From Deltaproteobacteria bacterium (lineage in GTDB: Bacteria > Desulfobacterota > Binatia > Binatales > Binataceae): a DNA stretch of 64,000 nucleotides. Both the position numbers and the translations under genes were made by a program. The stretch is taken from assembly GCA_027317185.1 (NCBI GenBank), contig DAHVFB010000002.1, positions 10,360-74,359 on the forward strand, read 5' to 3'. Shown here in pieces: positions 57,711 to 64,000 of the stretch. The notes beneath the pieces are model-generated. The model worked only from the letters and a program-made list of their open reading frames with translations, ran no database searches and had not been told where the DNA came from. Positions within the stretch are counted from its first letter, which is position 1. The number at the start of each line of letters is the position of its first letter.

Positions 57711-59924
57711 TTAGCGGTCAGACGAAACTGTAGCGCCTGCGTTGGCGAAGTGAGCTAGCGACTCCCCCATGAAGTTGGTTGTCAGCTCCGGCGGCGGCGA
57801 CGACTTAAGCTGGCGGGCGATTGCTGCAAGCTTGGAAGGTTGAAAGATCAGCAACATCGGTTTGACCACATTGGCGGGCGGCTTCGACCCGGATTGCCAT
57901 CGGACCGCCCCCGGATAGGTGATTTCGGAAGCTGTCGGACCATAGCGATCAATCAGCACCTTGACGGCTCCCAACGAACCGAGCAACGCAATAACGATTT
58001 GCCCATGGAAGGTTTTCACCGTCCAATCCGCAGCCGCATTCGGAGCCTGGTAGATGCTCCACCCGGCTGGTAGCAGGTTGAGACGCTCGAGCTCCCGCGG
58101 CGAAAGCTTTTGGAGTTCCCGCCCTTCGGCCAGATAATTTCCTGTCGCTGCCGCGATCGCGTCAAACCGCAGCGTTAAGGCGCGGGATTCGAGGTACATG
58201 GGACTGAGTTTCCCATACTCCGCAAAAGCTCTCGGCGGAATGTTATAAATGCCTACCCCGCTTTGCAGGATCGGTAGAAAACCCAATGCGCCGAGAGCGG
58301 GGCGCCATTGGGCAGCTTGGGGGTCCTTTTCATCGAGGAAAACCGCCTGGACTCCAAAGCGGGCGATGTAGGCTTTGAGCTGATCTCCAGCTTCCGGCAG
58401 ATCGATTTGGCGGGACAGGAAACCCACCGCGGGCATCTGTTCGAACTCGAAGGGCGTGAGGCCCGTATAGCCACCCGCCATCCTGAAGTACATGTTGGTG
58501 GCTGCCTGCCAATACATTGAGATGCCTCGCGCACCAAAGGGTATCGGCAGGATGACTTCGCCGGGCAAGATCTGCTGCCGATATTGGTTGCTGCGGAAGA
58601 ACGGCGGTAGATTGATCGGCGAGACCCAGAAGGATGCGCGGGGATTGGGCAGGATCGAAACAATGATCGCCGCCGCCGCCAGCCACTTGACCCCTGCACC
58701 GGCGGACCAACTCGCGAATACGACTGCGGTAATCACCGCAATTAACAGGAACGCATACAGCATCAGCCGGATTGGCAATGCTTGCGAAAGAATCGGCAGC
58801 TTCGAAACGATCGCCCATGGCATCGCGACGCCCACGCGACCGCCGACATGAACCAGCGGACCCATCGCCGCAATCACAATCAGCAGTAGCAGCAGAAGCA
58901 TGAACTTACCCGTTGACGACGCCCAGTTACGCCGGCGATAAGCCTCCACCGTCGCCAGCAGCGCGATTCCGAGGTATTCTCCTTTTTCCTGGAGGATTTC
59001 GTGATAGTCCCTGGTTAAGGCGATGAAAGGGCGTGCGGTTCCGATCCAGTTGGTTTCGGTCGGCAGTAAGAATCCCAGCAGATCGGCCGAAAAGAGTTCG
59101 GGACTCCAAATCGGCTCGTGTGGGAAACTGTGCGCCAGCATCGCATAAAGATACGGCGAGACCGCCACGGCCATAATCACGTAGGCGAGCGCACTTGGGA
59201 TGACCATCGAAACGATTCTGCGGCGGAGATCGCCGCAGAACAAAAATAATCCGAGCACGAAGGCCGCGCCCGCCACCACCGTCAGCAGCGCCGCCACCTC
59301 AGCCGAGCACAGAAACTCGGCGGTCAGCAGCAATGCCAGCCAGCCGGTGTAACCGCGCGCCGAAATCGATCCGTCAATCCATTTCAGGATCATCAGCGCA
59401 ATCAATGGCACTGGAAAGATCGCAACCAGATGCAGGTGGCTTAACGACTCCGCCAACATGTAGGGCGAGAACCCGAAGACATAGCCGCCCAGCACGGACG
59501 GCCAGAACGAGTTCGTAACCCGCCGGCACAGCGCGAAAGCCGATACCCCCGCCAGCGGCATCGCGAGGGTGCACAGGATATTGTAAGCGGTACGCGCACC
59601 GAACATGCGCTGCAGCGGAATCGAAACTACGCCCGGCAATGGCACGAAAGTGGTCCACGACAGATTGGTGCCGAGGGGCGTCCAGACCAGATCGGTCCAG
59701 AATGGGTTGAGCCGGTGAGCGATCGCATATCGCCACCAATTGAGGAACCACATGAATTGGGGCGGATCGGTATCCTGCCCGACATAGCATTTGACGCAGT
59801 GCCCAAGCAGGATCGCGCGGTCGAGAATGATTACGGAACAAAATAGAAAAAGCGCGAATACCGCCAAATCTTCCCACCACCAGTTAAGAAAACCCGTGGC
59901 GCGCGAGTCATCATCATTCTCCAT
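57711..59924 (-). CDS. Polytopic membrane protein, putative GT-C glycosyltransferase (copy A)
   Basis: Collinear paralog of 55348..57561, also 737 aa. Confidence 0.75.
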   Translation of the reverse strand: MENDDDSRATGFLNWWWEDLAVFALFLFCSVIILDRAILLGHCVKCYVGQDTDPPQFMWFLNWWRYAIAHRLNPFWTDLVWTPLGTNLSWTTFVPLPGVVSIPLQRMFGARTAYNILCTLAMPLAGVSAFALCRRVTNSFWPSVLGGYVFGFSPYMLAESLSHLHLVAIFPVPLIALMILKWIDGSISARGYTGWLALLLTAEFLCSAEVAALLTVVAGAAFVLGLFLFCGDLRRRIVSMVIPSALAYVIMAVAVSPYLYAMLAHSFPHEPIWSPELFSADLLGFLLPTETNWIGTARPFIALTRDYHEILQEKGEYLGIALLATVEAYRRRNWASSTGKFMLLLLLLIVIAAMGPLVHVGGRVGVAMPWAIVSKLPILSQALPIRLMLYAFLLIAVITAVVFASWSAGAGVKWLAAAAIIVSILPNPRASFWVSPINLPPFFRSNQYRQQILPGEVILPIPFGARGISMYWQAATNMYFRMAGGYTGLTPFEFEQMPAVGFLSRQIDLPEAGDQLKAYIARFGVQAVFLDEKDPQAAQWRPALGALGFLPILQSGVGIYNIPPRAFAEYGKLSPMYLESRALTLRFDAIAAATGNYLAEGRELQKLSPRELERLNLLPAGWSIYQAPNAAADWTVKTFHGQIVIALLGSLGAVKVLIDRYGPTASEITYPGAVRWQSGSKPPANVVKPMLLIFQPSKLAAIARQLKSSPPPELTTNFMGESLAHFANAGATVSSDR

Positions 59925-60016
59925 GGAATCGCATAGCTAGCGGGGGGTTCCTTGTCTGTCAACTACCTATGTGAAACGTTGTGGCTCTCGAAGATTTCGG
60001 GCCGGAGCTATAAAGG

Positions 60017-60898
60017 ATGCCTAAGATCGCAGTCGCGCAGTTCAGCGGCAGTATCAATTGGGAAGATAACATCGCGGCGGTCAGCCGGCTCGCGGCGGCA
60101 GCGGCCGAAGCGGGCGTGAACATCCTCGGCTTTCACGAGCTGGCCAGCACCGTTTATATGCCGTACGTCGAGAACCCCGAGCTGTTCAAGCTGGCCGAGC
60201 CCGACAACGGTCCCTCGGTCGATGCCGCCTCGAATATCGCGCGGCAAAACGAATTAGTGATGGTTTATCCGTTTTACGAACGCGACGGCGATCGGCTTTA
60301 CAACAGCGCGATGGTGTTCGGACCGCGCGGCGAGCGGCTGATGAAATACCGCAAGACCAGCGTGCCGGCCTCGCGCCTGCTGCCCGATGCCAGCGAGCGC
60401 TATTTTTTCAGCCCCGGCGATCTTGGCTTTCCAGTGGTCGAAACTCCGTTCGGGGTGCGCGTCGGCATGATCATCTGTTATGACCGCAACCTGCCGGAGC
60501 CGGCGCGATGCGTCGCCATGAATGGCGCGGATGTCATGTTCGTCCCGGTGGCGACGGTCAAACTGGTGCGGCCATGGTGGGAATTGCTGCTGCGGGCGCG
60601 GGCGGTCGAGAATGTGATGTACGTGGCGGCGCCGAGCCGGATCGGCGAGGATCGCGGCGGCGCCCCCGGCGTGCATTACTTCGGCGAGAGCCTGATAGTC
60701 GCTCCGACCGGCGAGGTGATAGCCCATGCCAGCGATCAGCGCGAGGATCTGGTCGCGGCCGAGCTCGACCTGGATTTGCTGCGCCGCCAGCGCAAGACGT
60801 GGCTGTTTTTCGAGGACCGTCGGCCCGAGCTGTATGGATCGTTGGAAGATCCCGACAAGCTGCCGCGCTTTGGACGCGGCCCGGCGCAAAGAGGTTGA
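60017..60898 (+). CDS. Carbon-nitrogen hydrolase (nitrilase family, N-carbamoylamidase-like)
   Basis: FHEL, YRK, ICYD (E-K-C triad), RRPELY. Confidence 0.92.
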   Translation: MPKIAVAQFSGSINWEDNIAAVSRLAAAAAEAGVNILGFHELASTVYMPYVENPELFKLAEPDNGPSVDAASNIARQNELVMVYPFYERDGDRLYNSAMVFGPRGERLMKYRKTSVPASRLLPDASERYFFSPGDLGFPVVETPFGVRVGMIICYDRNLPEPARCVAMNGADVMFVPVATVKLVRPWWELLLRARAVENVMYVAAPSRIGEDRGGAPGVHYFGESLIVAPTGEVIAHASDQREDLVAAELDLDLLRRQRKTWLFFEDRRPELYGSLEDPDKLPRFGRGPAQRG

Positions 60899-60954
60899 CT
60901 CCACGGGCTTGCTTGCGCGATAGGAAGGACTGAGGCCGTCGCTCGGAGGAACCA

Positions 60955-61407
60955 ATGGAAAAAAGTCTTGAAGAAAAAGTTCAGGAATTATGGGATCGCG
61001 AACAGATCCGATCGCTGACCTATGCATACGGACAGTGCCTGGAACAAATGGACGCGGAGGCGCTGTCGCAGCTCTTCACCGAAGATGGAGCGGTCGATTT
61101 CAGCTCCCGCGGATGGGGCCTCAAGCAGGGACGCGAGGCAATCAAGGAATTCTACCCGACCACCTGGCAGCAGCGGGTGAAGCCGTTCTTCACCAATCAT
61201 TACATCGAATTCGACGACGCCAATCACGCCCACGGCTGGTGTTGGCTGGATAACCGCGCCAAGCAGGGCGATAAGAGCCTGATGGGCTGCGGCCGGATCA
61301 ACGACCAATACGAGAAGGTCAACGGTAAGTGGCTCTTCAAGCGCCGTGGAATCGAAATCTTCTTCATGGTTCCGATTAACGAGGGCTGGGCAAAAGAGAT
61401 GAAATAA
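60955..61407 (+). CDS. NTF2/SnoaL-like protein
   Basis: DRE.IR.L...Y, LFTEDG, GREAI, TNH.I, D.Y....G.W.F..R. Confidence 0.85.
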   Translation: MEKSLEEKVQELWDREQIRSLTYAYGQCLEQMDAEALSQLFTEDGAVDFSSRGWGLKQGREAIKEFYPTTWQQRVKPFFTNHYIEFDDANHAHGWCWLDNRAKQGDKSLMGCGRINDQYEKVNGKWLFKRRGIEIFFMVPINEGWAKEMK

Positions 61408-61426
61408 TTGCGGCGAAGCGGCGGCT

Positions 61427-62203
61427 TCAATGCAATCGCAAAAAACTGAAGACGATCTCGGCAAAGATCAATACCACCACCGCGACTTCGAGTAATAGCA
61501 GGCGTCGATCGCGGCCAACCTCGAGCAGAAGCTGTAGTGCCTCCTGGATGCTGCGCAGCTTCAGCTCGAGCGCGGAGTAACGATCAACCAAATCGAACTC
61601 GGCTCGCAGATCATCATAGATACGGTCCATGGCGGAGTCTTCCCAGGCCGCATCGGGCTTATCCAGCAGATGCAGAACCGAGAGCACCTCGCTGCGCGTG
61701 GCGATCGCCTCACCGATAAAACGGTTGAGCGGCCGGATCATGAAAGGCACACTGCCGCGGCGCTCCAATCTTTCGACCAGCGTGTTGGTACGGGCGAAAA
61801 GCTGATCCACCAGCCGCTCGTAGTATTCCATCGCGGCGCTCTGAGCGACGGTCAGGGCGACGATTCCCGCGCGCGCCGGTGTGAATCGATCCACCCGCAG
61901 GGCTCCATCGAAGATTCCGATGGGCTGATCGGGCGCTTCGACCACCGCGTAATCCTCCCGAATCACCTGCGTAGTCAGGCGCGGACGAAAGCGGCGCAGG
62001 CGCAATAATTCCGCTTCGCGCTTCTCGGGCGGCAGGTCGTAAGTAACTACCGCTCCGAAAGGAAAAATATAGATGGCGCCGGAATCGACCGGCAGATAAA
62101 GCTCGTGCGGCGTGATACGGGCCTGCGGGAAGGCCGGCGCCAGTTGCCTCAAGGCGAGATTCTCCTCGAACGCGACCGCATAAAACTGATGGACTATCGG
62201 CAT
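61427..62203 (-). CDS. RMD1 family protein (DUF155)
   Basis: FPFGAVV, AQS.A.EYYE, PD..W, L..EFDL..R, C-terminal LE..VV.LI..EI transmembrane segment. Confidence 0.85.
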   Translation of the reverse strand: MPIVHQFYAVAFEENLALRQLAPAFPQARITPHELYLPVDSGAIYIFPFGAVVTYDLPPEKREAELLRLRRFRPRLTTQVIREDYAVVEAPDQPIGIFDGALRVDRFTPARAGIVALTVAQSAAMEYYERLVDQLFARTNTLVERLERRGSVPFMIRPLNRFIGEAIATRSEVLSVLHLLDKPDAAWEDSAMDRIYDDLRAEFDLVDRYSALELKLRSIQEALQLLLEVGRDRRLLLLEVAVVVLIFAEIVFSFLRLH

Positions 62204-62243
62204 CGCACCGCCGCTTGCTTCAGGTCGCGCCACCGCCATCGCA

Positions 62244-62735
62244 TCAGAGATGGCGCAAAATCTTAGGCGTGGCAAACCATTGCAACACGCTGCGCGTGGG
62301 ATTGGGTGATAAATCAATCTTCAGGCAGGCGACGGCGCCCTTTTTGAAATCGAATTCGCAATGGCGTTCCGATCCGGTCAACAGCAGCGACAACATGTAA
62401 CCAAGGCTCGGCTGATGTCCCACCAGAGCCACACTTTTGTGCTTGGCATAGGCCCGCAAAGCGTCGATTGCTTTTGAGGGCGCCGCCCCCGGCGCCAACT
62501 CCGGCATCAATTCGATTTTCACGCCGGCCAAGCCGCCGGACACAATTTCGGCAGTCTGGTGAGCGCGCTTGAGGGGACTCGTAAGGATTAGCGCCGGGCG
62601 AATCTTCAGCTTACGAAGACCCTCGGTAGTCCGCATCATCCTCGATTTTCCGGTATCGGTCAGAGCACGATCATGGTCGTTAATTCCCGGAGCGGGGTCT
62701 TCGGCGATTGCGTGACGTACGAGGTAAAGCTTCAT
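62244..62735 (-). CDS. sixA: Phosphohistidine phosphatase SixA
   Basis: LYLVRHA.A, R.LT..G, TSPL.RA.QTA, VGHQP, FKKG. Confidence 0.9.
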   Translation of the reverse strand: MKLYLVRHAIAEDPAPGINDHDRALTDTGKSRMMRTTEGLRKLKIRPALILTSPLKRAHQTAEIVSGGLAGVKIELMPELAPGAAPSKAIDALRAYAKHKSVALVGHQPSLGYMLSLLLTGSERHCEFDFKKGAVACLKIDLSPNPTRSVLQWFATPKILRHL

Positions 62736-62874
62736 CGATGAACAATCTCCGCAACTTAGACTATGACTTGCACAATCAGGAGGCACGGTCTTAATGAGAC
62801 AGGTGCGGCCGCTGCTAAATCATATGTGCCGGTCTCATCCGTGGCAAAAGAACATACTTGAAATTGATTGCCGG

Positions 62875-63999
62875 TTATTTGTGCCGTCCCCGCGCTTGGT
62901 TGACCGGATTAAGGCCCGATGGGAGTGGGAAAGGCGTGCTCTCACCCGCGGGACGGCGGCGCGGACCCGAGTTCATGATCCGGAACTGGATGTTGCCGAA
63001 CAGCTTTTCCCATAGATCGCTCTTACGCTCGGCCGCCCACAGTTCAAGTTCAGCATCGCGTTGCTGGGTGTCGAGCGCGACCACAATCCCGGCGCCGCCG
63101 CGCGTCACCCGAATCGCACGCACGACGCTGTGATGGCTGCGATCGAGCGCATCCGCAATCCGCAAAATGGCCGCCAGACCGATTAGCCTTTGGCGCAATC
63201 CGGCGGACATTTCACTCAATTCGGGGCTCGACAGCTTGGGCAGCGCGCCCTTATGAAAGCGCGCCAGCACTGCGATTGCCTGGGTCTCTTCCGGAGTGAA
63301 GCCGCGCAGAATCTCGCTGTAACTGATGAGGTACTGTGAGTGATGGTGATGGCGGCGATGGCTCACCTGCAAGCCCACATCGTGCAACAAGGCCGCGAAT
63401 TCAAGCAACTCGCGCTCGGGGCTTCCGTATCGATGGATAGTGGAGGTGGCGTCGAACAGCCTCACGGCGAGTTTCGCCACTTGCGCGGCATGGTCACCGG
63501 ATTCGAATCGGCGCGTCATCTCGATCACGCTGCGTCGCCGGATATCCGGCAGCCGCTCGACAGTTTCGGCGTAATCGGGAAACCGCGCCAGAAAGTCCAG
63601 GATGACGCCCTCGCGCAGGCCCCATTCACAGGCCCGCATCTGCTCCATCTCCAAGCCTTCGAACATCACCTGGGTCAGGACCGCGCCGGCCGGTATCAGA
63701 TCGACGCGCCGGCGATCGAGTCCCACGAGATCCGCCCGTTCTTCGGCGGTTCGCCCGAGAATTTGCGCCGTCAGTTCCCGCAGGTCTTCGAGCCTCAGCA
63801 CCAGGTTGTTGAGCGTCTCGGGCTGTTTGCCACCGCGCAACGCCGCCGCCATCGCGGTCAGATTCAGCAGCGTGCCCGACGTCCCGACCATCATGGTTGG
63901 TTTTATCCGCCGCGCCTTCTTGAAGGCTGACGCGAGCTTGCGCCGCGCATGCGATCTGAGCGCGGCAATCTCGCTCTTTTTTGGCGGATCCGATGAGAT
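62875..63999 (-). CDS. ppx: Ppx/GppA exopolyphosphatase with HD domain, N-terminally truncated by the window end
   Basis: GTSGT, R.DLI.AG, GLREG, LLHDVG, HH.HS.YLI, LRIADALD; frame open to the window edge. Confidence 0.93.
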   Translation of the reverse strand: MSSDPPKKSEIAALRSHARRKLASAFKKARRIKPTMMVGTSGTLLNLTAMAAALRGGKQPETLNNLVLRLEDLRELTAQILGRTAEERADLVGLDRRRVDLIPAGAVLTQVMFEGLEMEQMRACEWGLREGVILDFLARFPDYAETVERLPDIRRRSVIEMTRRFESGDHAAQVAKLAVRLFDATSTIHRYGSPERELLEFAALLHDVGLQVSHRRHHHHSQYLISYSEILRGFTPEETQAIAVLARFHKGALPKLSSPELSEMSAGLRQRLIGLAAILRIADALDRSHHSVVRAIRVTRGGAGIVVALDTQQRDAELELWAAERKSDLWEKLFGNIQFRIMNSGPRRRPAGESTPFPLPSGLNPVNQARGRHK

Positions 64000-64000
64000 G

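Larger units (their letters stand above)
55348..59924 (-). repeat. Tandem gene duplication (about 2.36 kb period)
   Basis: Long identical stretches between the copies, e.g. near 57091-57180 and 59454-59543. Confidence 0.9.

Overview
GC-rich bacterial chromosomal window, densely coding, with no rRNA, tRNA, CRISPR array or transposase seen. Gene style resembles uncultured soil Deltaproteobacteria/Candidatus Binatota (inference only). Contents in order: partial class I aldolase, enoyl-CoA hydratase, cspA, a divergent ligD/ku NHEJ pair, catabolic enzymes (amidohydrolase, acyl-CoA dehydrogenase, Rieske oxygenase), and a six-gene cluster (carbamoyltransferase, GT4, LLM monooxygenase, adenylation domain, carrier protein, acyltransferase). 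Then come an M23 peptidase, MFS and AI-2E transporters, a sigma54 activator, UbiD, queC, and a nicX / meta-cleavage aromatic and N-heterocycle catabolic block interrupted by hicBA. The end holds cyclic-amide hydrolases, a HO-like diiron enzyme, a tandem pair of 737-aa membrane proteins and a ppx-sixA-RMD1 block. Strongest observation: the minus-strand ORFs 44836..46125 and 43951..44802 are in frame across a single UGA (44836-44838). The beta-propeller repeat register continues through the stop (VPN-UGA-VSDPRIAAFARMASGN) and a SECIS-like hairpin follows. This points to one 724-aa secreted selenocysteine-containing propeller protein heading an operon with an amino-acid permease and an amidohydrolase.
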